Positions 21,588 through 30,778 of a stretch of 64,000 nucleotides of DNA are shown one piece after another. The notes under the pieces were generated by a model, which saw nothing but the letters and a program-made list of their open reading frames with translations, made no database searches and was not told the origin of the DNA. Made by a program: the position numbers and the translations under genes. The number at the start of each line of letters is the position of its first letter. Position 1 is the stretch's first letter. Location of the stretch: positions 124,001 to 188,000 of IMG/VR virus record IMGVR_UViG_3300042540_001399; one strand, 5' to 3'.

Positions 21588-22862
21588 GTGATAATAGAAA
21601 AACTTTCAAATATTCCACAATCTAGTGGTTGTTACCTTTTCAAAAATGAAAAGGGTCAGATCATCTATGTGGGTAAGTCAAAGTTTTTACCCAAACGAGT
21701 TAAGTCTTATTTTCAAAAAAATCACAAAGATCAAAAGACAACTTTGTTGGTAAACGAAATTCGTGATGTCGAGTTCATGACTACTAACGACGAATCACAG
21801 GCTCTTTTGTTGGAGGATGAACTTATCAAGTCTTTGAAACCCAAATACAACATCAAGGCAAAAGATGACAGATCTCGTCGTTGGTTTATTACTTTGACTG
21901 ATGAGGAGTTCCCAAGACTTTTGGTTTGTAATCCTTCTAACTTTTTAGGTGAAGTTCTTTTGGAATCTACAAGTTCCAACTCTTGTTATGAGATCTATGA
22001 AATGGTTCACGACATCTTTAATCTTCGTTCTTGTTCTTACAACTTGACTGAAGAAAACATTTCAAACGAAAAGTTCAAGACTTGTTTGGAGTTTCATCTT
22101 GGTCGTTGTAATGCTCCTTGTATTTCAAACATTCTAAAATTCTCCTACAAAAAGATTGTAAGTGAAATGAAAGAAGTATTTTCTTTTGAGTTTGACAAGG
22201 TTCGTAACCGTTTGAAAAGATCTATGAAATACTTTTCTGAATCTATGGAGTTTGAAAAAGCTCAAGAGTTCAAAACTAAAATTTCTGTTATTGATTTACT
22301 TCAGAAGAAACTTGAGCCTTTTCGCGTTCGAAAGTATAATGATTTTGCTCGCCAGTTCAAAGAGTCTTTGGGTCTAATCAATGTTCCTACTTTGATCGAA
22401 GCGTTCGATAATTCACACAATGCTGGTGACTGTCAGGTGTCCGCTCTTGTTCGTTACAAGAATGGTAAAACTGATAAGTCAAACTATCGTAAGTTTAACA
22501 TCAAAACTGTTGAGGGTCCTGATGATTACGCATCTTTTTCTGAAGTTCTTTCTCGTCGTTTTACAAGACTTTTGAATGAAAAACAAGAGTTACCTTCACT
22601 TGTTGTTATTGATGGTGGTAAAGGTCAGTTGGGTGTTGCAAAACAAGTATTTGAATCTCTTGGTTTGTTGTCTCGTATTGATTTGATTTCTATTTCTAAA
22701 AACGACAAACACCAGTCTCAAACAATTCATTTGATTAATGGGTCATCATATGACATTCCAAGAAATGAGTTTGGGTTTTTATTAGCTGAAGTTCAGAATG
22801 AAGTTCACAGATTTGTGATTTCATTTCATAGAAATAAAAAAAGTAAAAAATTATTTTTGTAA
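21588..22862 (+). CDS. uvrC: UvrC-like excinuclease (GIY-YIG, UVR and RNase H-like domains; no C-terminal HhH)
   Basis: GCYLF...IIYVGKS, MEFEKA, EAFDNSH, DDYAS, IDGGKGQ and EVHRF; GTG start 4 nt after TATATTTG. Confidence 0.9.
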   Translation: MIIEKLSNIPQSSGCYLFKNEKGQIIYVGKSKFLPKRVKSYFQKNHKDQKTTLLVNEIRDVEFMTTNDESQALLLEDELIKSLKPKYNIKAKDDRSRRWFITLTDEEFPRLLVCNPSNFLGEVLLESTSSNSCYEIYEMVHDIFNLRSCSYNLTEENISNEKFKTCLEFHLGRCNAPCISNILKFSYKKIVSEMKEVFSFEFDKVRNRLKRSMKYFSESMEFEKAQEFKTKISVIDLLQKKLEPFRVRKYNDFARQFKESLGLINVPTLIEAFDNSHNAGDCQVSALVRYKNGKTDKSNYRKFNIKTVEGPDDYASFSEVLSRRFTRLLNEKQELPSLVVIDGGKGQLGVAKQVFESLGLLSRIDLISISKNDKHQSQTIHLINGSSYDIPRNEFGFLLAEVQNEVHRFVISFHRNKKSKKLFL

Positions 22863-23142
22863 AATGGGTTTTAATAAAAGATTTTTAAGTCAAAAAGGTA
22901 TTCTAAATAACTTGGATAACATAATGAAGTATTTAGACGCCGATGCGGTATATCTTACAGATGAGTTTTCAAGGAACGTTTATAAAATTTACAATTCAGC
23001 TGGATCAGAAACCGAAGTCAGAAAAAAAATAGAGCAATTATTGTCTGAAGAAAAAAAATATTAAAAAAATGTAAAACTTTGTTTTTTATATTTGAATTTT
23101 TTTGAAAAATTTGTTATTATTTTATTGAATAAAAAAAATTAT

Positions 23143-24267
23143 ATGAAGTTAAAATTAGAATATGTTTGGTTAGATGGTTATAAACCTGAACCAAATCTTA
23201 GAAGTAAAGTTAAAGTCGTTGAATACGAAAAAGTTAGAAATGCTCTTTTAGATGGAAATTTTCCTGTTTGGAATTTTGATGGGTCATCAACATTACAAGC
23301 AGAAACAGGAAATTCAGATCGTTTATTAAAACCTGTTAGACATTACATGAAAGACATGCAATCTACAGTTTATGTATTGTGTGAAGTTCTAAATCCTGAT
23401 GGTACACCACACGAATCAAATAAAAGATCTCAAATTGGTGAAAATTATGAAGATTTATGGTTTGGATTTGAACAAGAATATTTTATTCGTGAAGAAATTA
23501 ACGGAAATATTTTAGGTCATAAAAGAAATATTCTTAAGGGTCAAGGTGAATATTATTGTGGTGTTGGGCACAATGTTGTTGGACGTGAATTTGTTGATGA
23601 ACATTTGAACATGTGTTTAAATTATGGAATTGATGTTACGGGAATTAATGCCGAAGTTGCATTAGGTCAGTGGGAATATCAAGTTTTTTCCCAAGGTAAA
23701 TTGAAAGGTGGTGATGATCTTTGGATGACTCGATATTTTCTTTATAAAGTTGCTGAAAAATATAATTATCATATTGAACTCCACCCTAAACCATTGACCC
23801 ACGGTGAATGGAATGGATCAGGACTTCATACAAATTTTTCAACAGACAAGATGAGAAATGAAGGAAATGAAGACTATTTTAAGGCACTATTCAATGCATT
23901 TGAATCAAGACATGATGATCATATCAAAGCTTATGGTTCACAAAATCATTTAAGACTTACTGGTGAATATGAAACCCAATCAATTGATAAATTTAGTTGG
24001 GGTGTATCCGATCGTGGGGCGTCAATTAGAGTTCCTCAGGACACGGCAAAAGAATGGAAAGGTTACATCGAAGATCGCAGACCAGGATCAAATGCCGATC
24101 CATACAAGATAATTCGTGAAATAGTTAAGTCCTTGGATGCAACAAAAGAAATCTACGAAATGAAAGGTATGATGACTTCGTTTGTTGATATGGATGGTCT
24201 GAGTGGTAAATATGGCACAATGACTAATGAAGAGTTATTAAAAGAATACAGATCTGATGAAAACTAA
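23143..24267 (+). CDS. glnII: Glutamine synthetase type II
   Basis: LEYVWLDG, WNFDGSST, FGFEQEY, NAEV..GQWEYQ, WNGSGLHTNFS and EDRRP; start moved to 23143. Confidence 0.9.
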   Translation: MKLKLEYVWLDGYKPEPNLRSKVKVVEYEKVRNALLDGNFPVWNFDGSSTLQAETGNSDRLLKPVRHYMKDMQSTVYVLCEVLNPDGTPHESNKRSQIGENYEDLWFGFEQEYFIREEINGNILGHKRNILKGQGEYYCGVGHNVVGREFVDEHLNMCLNYGIDVTGINAEVALGQWEYQVFSQGKLKGGDDLWMTRYFLYKVAEKYNYHIELHPKPLTHGEWNGSGLHTNFSTDKMRNEGNEDYFKALFNAFESRHDDHIKAYGSQNHLRLTGEYETQSIDKFSWGVSDRGASIRVPQDTAKEWKGYIEDRRPGSNADPYKIIREIVKSLDATKEIYEMKGMMTSFVDMDGLSGKYGTMTNEELLKEYRSDEN

Positions 24268-24546
24268 ATTTTATAATATTACCAAATGGTTTGAAATCAA
24301 TTTTGGATGGTTTTTTATAAACTGTAGAAAACAAGCCGCTTGGGCGGAATACTTAAGAAAAAAATATAAAAATGAAAGTAATTGAAGTTAATTTAGGGAT
24401 TGGGATAAATATGTTTTTTGTTGAACCTGTTAAAATTATAATTGAAGATGAAACTGATTCTGAAAAACCAAAAAAAAGAAAAAAAACCGTCAAACCCATC
24501 AAAAAGGAAATAGAAATAGAAAAAGAATAGATTCAATACAAATAAA

Positions 24547-25665
24547 ATGAACACATTAGATAAAAATTACCAAGAACTTCTTTTTGAATTAATTGAAAAA
24601 GGAATAAAAAAAAACGATAGAACTGGAACAGGAACTCGTTCACTTTTTGGTCGTCAGATTCGACACAATATGAATGAAGGATTCCCTTTGTTAACAACCA
24701 AAAAAATGTATTGGAAAGGAATTGTAACAGAACTATTATGGTTTTTAAGAGGTGATACAAATATTAAATATCTTGTTGATAATGATTGCCATATTTGGGA
24801 TGGTGATGCATATAAGAACTATTCTAAAATTGCTGGTTCTGTTGAAGAACCTGATTATGACATTCACGTAGATGACCCTAATCAGAATTGTACTCGTTTG
24901 ATGACACAAGAAGAATTTATCAACAAAATCAAAACAGATGATGAGTTTGCTGAGAAGTGGGGTGATTTAGGTCCTGTGTATGGTAAACAATGGAGAAGTT
25001 GGGGTGGATTTGAAAAAAAAACTATTGGTTGGCATCACGGGTCACCGTCTGAATTTGATTTTATCGCGGTAAATGATCAAATCACAAACCTAATAAACGA
25101 CCTTAAAACAAATCCAGACTCAAGACGATTAATGGTTTCTGCTTGGAATGTAGGTGAATTAGACCAAATGGTTCTTCCTCCTTGTCATTATGGATTCCAA
25201 GTTTATACAAGAGAGTTGACATGGGAGGAACGATATGAGTATATGTACAATACTAATGTTAGGGCCGAAGATGGGTTTAGACCACCACTAACTCCCGAAA
25301 TGTTGCAACAATACAACATCCCGACCAGAGCAATCTCTCTAATGTGGAACCAAAGGTCGGTAGATACATTTTTAGGTTTACCATTCAATATTGCTTCCTA
25401 CGGACTTCTTCTAACTATTTTGGCTAAAGAAGTGAATATGATCCCTGACCAACTTATTGGTAATTTGGGTGATGTACATTTATATGAAAACCATGTGTCT
25501 CAAGCATCACAACAGATTACAAGAGAACCATTTAAGTTACCAACATTAAATTCTTTTCCAATTTATCAAGGAACTAAACTGGGTATCGAATGTTATGTGG
25601 TTAGTGATTTTACACTAAAAGATTATCAATCACATGAATCAATAAAGGCACCATTATCAAATTAA
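24547..25665 (+). CDS. thyA: Thymidylate synthase with loop insertions
   Basis: DRTGTGT, FPLLTTKK, ELLWF, LPPCH, QRSVDTFLGLPFNIASY and HLYENH. Confidence 0.97.
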   Translation: MNTLDKNYQELLFELIEKGIKKNDRTGTGTRSLFGRQIRHNMNEGFPLLTTKKMYWKGIVTELLWFLRGDTNIKYLVDNDCHIWDGDAYKNYSKIAGSVEEPDYDIHVDDPNQNCTRLMTQEEFINKIKTDDEFAEKWGDLGPVYGKQWRSWGGFEKKTIGWHHGSPSEFDFIAVNDQITNLINDLKTNPDSRRLMVSAWNVGELDQMVLPPCHYGFQVYTRELTWEERYEYMYNTNVRAEDGFRPPLTPEMLQQYNIPTRAISLMWNQRSVDTFLGLPFNIASYGLLLTILAKEVNMIPDQLIGNLGDVHLYENHVSQASQQITREPFKLPTLNSFPIYQGTKLGIECYVVSDFTLKDYQSHESIKAPLSN

Positions 25666-25669
25666 AATT

Positions 25670-25906
25670 ATGAAAGAACAAAACAATTGGAATGACCCAC
25701 AATTATCAGATGGAGATTTCCCACAAACAAACAAAACAAAATTCCAAGTAGGAGACAAAGCGATAAAACTAAAAGGATATAAATTCCCATGTACTATTGT
25801 ATCAGTATTTAAAACCGTAGAAGGAAATGTTCGGGTCGTTGGTGAGATGGATGACTATGGGTTACTTCATATTTTTAACGAAGAACAATTAGAAAAGGTA
25901 AATTAA
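25670..25906 (+). CDS. SH3-fold protein resembling type II (R67/DfrB) dihydrofolate reductase
   Basis: FQVGDKAIKLKG...GLLHIFNEEQLEKVN aligns with R67 FGMGDRVRKKSG...GSVQIYPVAALERIN; directly follows thyA. Confidence 0.5.
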   Translation: MKEQNNWNDPQLSDGDFPQTNKTKFQVGDKAIKLKGYKFPCTIVSVFKTVEGNVRVVGEMDDYGLLHIFNEEQLEKVN

Positions 25907-26157
25907 TGAAAAAATTTTTTGTGATATTCCTTGCATCTTTTATATTGGAAACGGCGTCTACTATGTACATTTCTACAGTATCACAAAAAAGTATTTCTAT
26001 GATTTTTTGGGCGTTTATAGGACCTTTTTTGGCGTTACCTTTTGTCGGGTATATGGTAGAATCTAAAACTTGGACAGAAAGATCAAAAATGGCACTCGCA
26101 TCGGGAATTGGTTATATGATTGGCGCTTATTTAGTTTATTTATATTCAAATATTTAA
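25906..26157 (+). CDS. Small membrane protein (about 3 TM segments)
   Basis: Hydrophobicity pattern. Confidence 0.6.
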   Translation: MKKFFVIFLASFILETASTMYISTVSQKSISMIFWAFIGPFLALPFVGYMVESKTWTERSKMALASGIGYMIGAYLVYLYSNI

Positions 26158-26256
26158 AAGTAAAAATTATGATAAAACTTATAAAGTTTTTTATTTGGTT
26201 GGAAAAAGAAAAAATAAATGCTATGATTCATAGCGGTAAAGGGATTTATTAGTGTT

Positions 26257-26628
26257 ATGGAAAAACCTGATAATGTTGCAGAAAAACCAAATTTGTTACC
26301 ATACGGATCAAACGTAGGAGCTCCTTCGATTAGAATAGAAAACATACAGTTTTGGAAAGAAACAAAAGTGAATAAAGTAAATCATCTGTTTGATGAAAAG
26401 TTCAATTCAATCAAAAAAGATTACGAAAAACTTTTAGAAGAATACGAATGGAATAATTTGGTTTATAAATCAAATTTTAACTTCGAGCCAACTATAGGAC
26501 AAACATATTATTTATATAGTTCTGATGATGATAAAACGTTTCTATCCTTAATTGAACCGAACCAATGGAATAAAAAATATATAGGTTCATTTTTTTTGAA
26601 CCATGAATGTAAATGGGTCAAAGTCTGA
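26257..26628 (+). CDS. DUF2452-like protein
   Basis: LLPYGSNVGAPSI...FEPTIGQTYYLY...LSLIEP. Confidence 0.7.
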   Translation: MEKPDNVAEKPNLLPYGSNVGAPSIRIENIQFWKETKVNKVNHLFDEKFNSIKKDYEKLLEEYEWNNLVYKSNFNFEPTIGQTYYLYSSDDDKTFLSLIEPNQWNKKYIGSFFLNHECKWVKV

Positions 26629-26864
26629 TGTCAAAAAAAAGAATTCATGTAAACCAACATCATATTAGATCAAACAAATCTAAAAATACTGATCTACCTG
26701 TTATTACAATAAAAGAAGGTAGAAAAAACACATATTGTAACGAAGTTGAAATTTTGGGACCAAGTAGAATAGTTTATTGTGGTAGTGGACAACAAAAACC
26801 CATTCTTAGTTGTGGAGCCAGGGTTGTTATTGAAACTGAAAGTGAAATTATTATAATAAGTTAA
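26628..26864 (+). CDS. Conserved phage hypothetical protein
   Basis: IHVNQH...LSCGARVVIET; ATG overlaps the preceding stop. Confidence 0.6.
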   Translation: MSKKRIHVNQHHIRSNKSKNTDLPVITIKEGRKNTYCNEVEILGPSRIVYCGSGQQKPILSCGARVVIETESEIIIIS

Positions 26865-27087
26865 AAAAAACCATTATATTTGTAGAAAATTATTTCATGA
26901 ATGCCGATAAAGATTTTAAATTTGTATTAAGGGTGTTAAACTCAAGTGAAAACAATGAACACATTAAAACTTCAGATAAACTTTTCGAAAATTTCAAAGA
27001 CAAGTGGAAAAGAAAGATGGAATGTTTTGAATTAGTTGATTATATGTTCAAATATAAAGTAGAAAGAAAAAAAAATAAAAAAAGTAT

Positions 27088-27780
27088 ATGAAACTTACAA
27101 TAATATCAGACACTCATAATCATCACAAAAGAATTACCGATGATCTTCCTGGTGGTGACCTTTTAATTCATGCGGGTGACCTTAGTTCTATGGGTTATGA
27201 GCATGAAATAACTAATTTTGCGAAATGGTTTGATAGTTTAGACAACTACACTAGTAAAGTTTTTATTGCGGGTAACCACGATTGGGGATTTCAAAATAAC
27301 ACCGAAAAAATCAAAGGTCTTCTTACAGGTTATAAAAATATAGACTATCTTCAAGATGACTTTATGGGAATAATAGAAGGAGGGGAACCTGAAGTTAAAA
27401 TTTGGGGTAGTCCTTGGCAACCTGAGTTTTATAATTGGGCATTCAATTTACCAAGAAATGGTGATGAGTTGAAAGAAAAGTGGGATATGATTCCCGATGA
27501 TATTGACATTCTAATCACACATGGTCCTGCTTGGGGATTCTTGGATGATGTAGAAGGTCGAAGAGGAGAACATCTTGGGTGTGAATTACTTGCAGAAAGA
27601 ATCAAACAAATCAAACCAAAGATTCACATTTGTGGACACATTCATACAGGATATGGTCATTATTATAATGGACATACTCATTTCTTCAATGCATCTGTTC
27701 TAAATGAAAGATATGCTTATGCTCATTTACCTTGGAATATTGAATGGGACCCAATTACAAATGAAATTTTGTTTCTCTAA
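27088..27780 (+). CDS. Metallophosphoesterase (MPPED/239FB-like)
   Basis: SDTH, HAGD, GNHD, THGP and GHIH motifs. Confidence 0.9.
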   Translation: MKLTIISDTHNHHKRITDDLPGGDLLIHAGDLSSMGYEHEITNFAKWFDSLDNYTSKVFIAGNHDWGFQNNTEKIKGLLTGYKNIDYLQDDFMGIIEGGEPEVKIWGSPWQPEFYNWAFNLPRNGDELKEKWDMIPDDIDILITHGPAWGFLDDVEGRRGEHLGCELLAERIKQIKPKIHICGHIHTGYGHYYNGHTHFFNASVLNERYAYAHLPWNIEWDPITNEILFL

Positions 27781-27807
27781 ATTAAATGAGCCTAATATTT
27801 ATCATAT

Positions 27808-28506
27808 ATGAAAAATAGGCTCATTTTACTTTTTGAACTATTCAAACAAATAGGGGGTACTTCGGCAGATTTAGAAATTATTATGGACCGAAGTTTTATC
27901 GAAGACTGGAATCAAACCGTTTATATAAACTATAATAATTCATCACGAAGAAATGTAAAAATACCATTTTTAATGGTCAAAACTTTGAAAGACTTAGTCA
28001 AAAAGTATGATGATGTTTTTTGGGACTATAATAATTATGATAATGATGAAATTTGGTATTTATTGATTACAATAAATTATATAGAAAAAAAAATAATTTT
28101 TAGAAGTCAGTGTAAAGAAGAAACTTATAATAAATTTAGTCACGACTTTAAAAAAGATGATTTTAGTGAAATAGTACAAAATTATATTTCTGAACTCACA
28201 AATAATGCAAGTGATATTGTTGACTTTGAGTTCTTTGGTAGATGGGATGATGGTGAAATATATAATGTTAATTTGAACGGAAAAAAAAATACGGAATTTT
28301 TCTTGGGAAACGATCATGCTTATTGGGAAATTTGTAATGCCGTTATGGAAAAAATAATTAGCAAATATTGGAATTCAGAACAAGGGGCTACAGGTGAAAT
28401 AAGATTATGGGGTGATGATATTTTTGTTCGAGGTAAAGAATTATTAGAAGAATATCAATGGACTGATTTGAATCTTGTTGTAACACCTGATAACGTTGAA
28501 GATTAA
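27808..28506 (+). CDS. Hypothetical protein, divergent paralog of 30779
   Basis: FEFFGRWDDGEI...WNSEQGATG parallels FRYNGGGDSGEL...WEIDDGSSG; TATTTAT at 27796. Confidence 0.5.
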   Translation: MKNRLILLFELFKQIGGTSADLEIIMDRSFIEDWNQTVYINYNNSSRRNVKIPFLMVKTLKDLVKKYDDVFWDYNNYDNDEIWYLLITINYIEKKIIFRSQCKEETYNKFSHDFKKDDFSEIVQNYISELTNNASDIVDFEFFGRWDDGEIYNVNLNGKKNTEFFLGNDHAYWEICNAVMEKIISKYWNSEQGATGEIRLWGDDIFVRGKELLEEYQWTDLNLVVTPDNVED

Positions 28507-28555
28507 ATAATCTTTGAATTTACAAATAAACAATATATTTATTAGAAAAAAATAT

Positions 28556-29098
28556 ATGAAAACTGAAAAATTAGATTTAACAGAAAAATTAATTGAAGAA
28601 TTGAAAAAAAGAAGAATGTTCGAAGCTAAAGAATTCGAAGAAGATGATGATGATGAGGATGATGACGATGAGAATAATGATGAGGATGATGACGAAGACG
28701 AAAATGATGATGAAGATGAAAATAATGATAACAACGAAGACTTTTGTGAAATGGTTTGTAAAATTCTTCACTCAAGAAATCAAGCTCACATATATCACCT
28801 TCAGACACAATCTTTTGCTGAACACAAAGCTCTAAATGATTACTATGATGGTATATTAGGACTATTTGATGCTATTATAGAGTCTTACCAAGGTAAATAC
28901 GGTATAATCAGAACTTATAAGACATTTAAAATTGAACAGTATAAAAATAATAAAAAAACAATTTCTTATTTTGAAAGATTACTGGACGATATAGATAATC
29001 TTAGAGGATCTGTTGAAGATAGTTATCTACAAAATCAAATTGATACTGTTGAAGAATTAATTAACTCAACAATTTATAAACTTAAATTTCTTAAGTGA
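28556..29098 (+). CDS. Ferritin/Dps-like four-helix protein (DUF5856-like) with leader and acidic tract
   Basis: QAHIYHLQT.SFAEHKAL..YY...ESYQGKYG; start moved to 28556. Confidence 0.65.
   Translation: MKTEKLDLTEKLIEELKKRRMFEAKEFEEDDDDEDDDDENNDEDDDEDENDDEDENNDNNEDFCEMVCKILHSRNQAHIYHLQTQSFAEHKALNDYYDGILGLFDAIIESYQGKYGIIRTYKTFKIEQYKNNKKTISYFERLLDDIDNLRGSVEDSYLQNQIDTVEELINSTIYKLKFLK
28637..28741 (+). repeat. GAT/GAA/GAC/AAT low-complexity tract encoding about 35 D/E/N residues
   Basis: Seen directly in sequence. Confidence 0.9.
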
Positions 29099-29457
29099 AA
29101 CTAGAAATTACAGAAAATGAAAAAAATGATATTTCTTCACATCACGAAGAAATAGACAACATCCTGTTCAATTTTTTAATAAGAAGAGTAAGAATTGAAG
29201 AAAAAAATTTAGGTACAGATTGGTTTGATCAAAAACCGCTTAAAGTTACTGAATATAGATTTGAAGGATTTCCTGGTTATGGGTTTAATAGTTTTTCTTC
29301 TAAAAAAGACATGGAATATAAAATTGTTGAAATGTTGGTTGAAGGAACTGATATGGTTGGTGACTGGTTTTTTGGACCAAACAATGTTAATAATCCGGAA
29401 AGACAAAAATTTATGAAAACAGTAAGAAATTTTTTAAATTTCATTTTGACAAAATGA
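29095..29457 (+). CDS. Leader-bearing hypothetical protein
   Basis: MKLEITENEK; FLIRR motif. Confidence 0.6.
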   Translation: MKLEITENEKNDISSHHEEIDNILFNFLIRRVRIEEKNLGTDWFDQKPLKVTEYRFEGFPGYGFNSFSSKKDMEYKIVEMLVEGTDMVGDWFFGPNNVNNPERQKFMKTVRNFLNFILTK

Positions 29458-29509
29458 AAAAAAAATTCTAAATTTGTTTATTGTTTAACTTAAAATTATA
29501 AAAAAAGAA

Positions 29510-29758
29510 ATGGGTACAAAATCAGGGAAGAACGGGAGGTATATTTGTAAAGTTGGTTATTTTGACATTTATGCAAAAGATAGTCACAAACCAAAAAAAG
29601 ATTCAAAATATAAATTTTTAAAGGCAGAAGTTAAATCAACAGTTTACAATGTACTACACGCCAAAAAATTAATCCAAGGGAACTTTAAAACCAAAGATGA
29701 TGCTGTTAAAAATGCTATTGAGCTTTTGGGGGATAAAAGATTAAACTATTCATTATAA
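29510..29758 (+). CDS. Basic hypothetical protein
   Basis: ORF behind TAAATTTG (29469), followed by terminator at 29763-29788. Confidence 0.6.
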   Translation: MGTKSGKNGRYICKVGYFDIYAKDSHKPKKDSKYKFLKAEVKSTVYNVLHAKKLIQGNFKTKDDAVKNAIELLGDKRLNYSL

Positions 29759-29793
29759 AACAAAGTCGGATCAAAAATCCGACTTTTTAATTT

Positions 29794-30351
29794 CTAATCG
29801 TCCCATTGAGAAGTTACATCTAAATAATTTAAACCAAAATCAAGTTGTATTGTGTGAACGTAACCTTCAATCTCACCACGTAACCAATTTACAACATCCA
29901 AATAAATATCATCATAGTGATCATCCATAAGTTCTTCATAGGTTAATTGTCCATCACTTGTATCAAAAGTACCATTTATAATATAAAAACCAAAATTAAG
30001 TTCACCATCTTCCATGTAGAATTTTTCAAAACTACGGGTAATCATAACCTCGAAGTGGTCATTTGAATAAATATTTTGATCTGAGTTTCTTAGGTCTTTA
30101 TCTGTTACCTTTAAATTTGTAATGTATTGGTCAAAAAGTTCGAAAGCCTTATCCTTACCACCAACAAATTCATAATACCATTTATCAATTTGATCTATAT
30201 ATTTAGATAATTTTTTTCTATATAGATCAACGTAACCTATCCTTGGTATTTCACCTGAATTTACTTGGCGTTCCCATAGATTGAAAAAATACTTTTTTAA
30301 TGTATCCATTTTAGAATCTTCTCTTAATATGGTTTTGATAAGATCTTTCAT
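29794..30351 (-). CDS. Leader-bearing hypothetical protein, paralog of 37266
   Basis: MKDLIKTILRE; LKKYFFNLW matches LKRFFYNKW; minus-strand TATTTAT upstream. Confidence 0.65.
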   Translation of the reverse strand: MKDLIKTILREDSKMDTLKKYFFNLWERQVNSGEIPRIGYVDLYRKKLSKYIDQIDKWYYEFVGGKDKAFELFDQYITNLKVTDKDLRNSDQNIYSNDHFEVMITRSFEKFYMEDGELNFGFYIINGTFDTSDGQLTYEELMDDHYDDIYLDVVNWLRGEIEGYVHTIQLDFGLNYLDVTSQWDD

Positions 30352-30412
30352 ATTTAAATAAATACTACAAAAAACTGAAGTAAAAAACTATATTTATTAA
30401 AAATATAAAGTT

Positions 30413-30766
30413 ATGGCACATCCACAAGTACACGCAAAAAGCTCTGTAAAAAAATATGGTGGTAAAGTTGAAGATTACATAAAAATTCATGAGTGGTTTG
30501 ATGAAACTAAAGCATGGATCGGACATTCATATCACAGAATGTTTAGACATCACAGCGAAGGAATTTTTGAATGTGAAAAAATCTTCGGACCATCTTTTGA
30601 AAATAGTGATGGAAAAACAGTTTACACTAGATATATTGGCGAAGATCATGTTAAAGAAGATTGTTTTAATTACGTCCCTTCTGCTAAAGAATGGATTAAA
30701 AATATACAAGAAAAAGAAAAACCAATATGGATGATGAGAACCTTGGATCTTAAATTTGATGATTAG
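30413..30766 (+). CDS. DUF6915-like protein
   Basis: HPQVHAKSS..KYGG, IHEWFDETK, HRMFRHHSEGIF and EDHVKEDC. Confidence 0.7.
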   Translation: MAHPQVHAKSSVKKYGGKVEDYIKIHEWFDETKAWIGHSYHRMFRHHSEGIFECEKIFGPSFENSDGKTVYTRYIGEDHVKEDCFNYVPSAKEWIKNIQEKEKPIWMMRTLDLKFDD

Positions 30767-30778
30767 ATATTTATTATT

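Noticed and set aside
24547-25665. Intron or intein in thyA
   Set aside because: The ORF is continuous, the insertions are short loops and no splicing motifs are present.
28444-28835. Poly-Ser, poly-His and poly-Met ORFs in other frames
   Set aside because: They are shadows of the GAT/GAA acidic tract in the 28556 gene.
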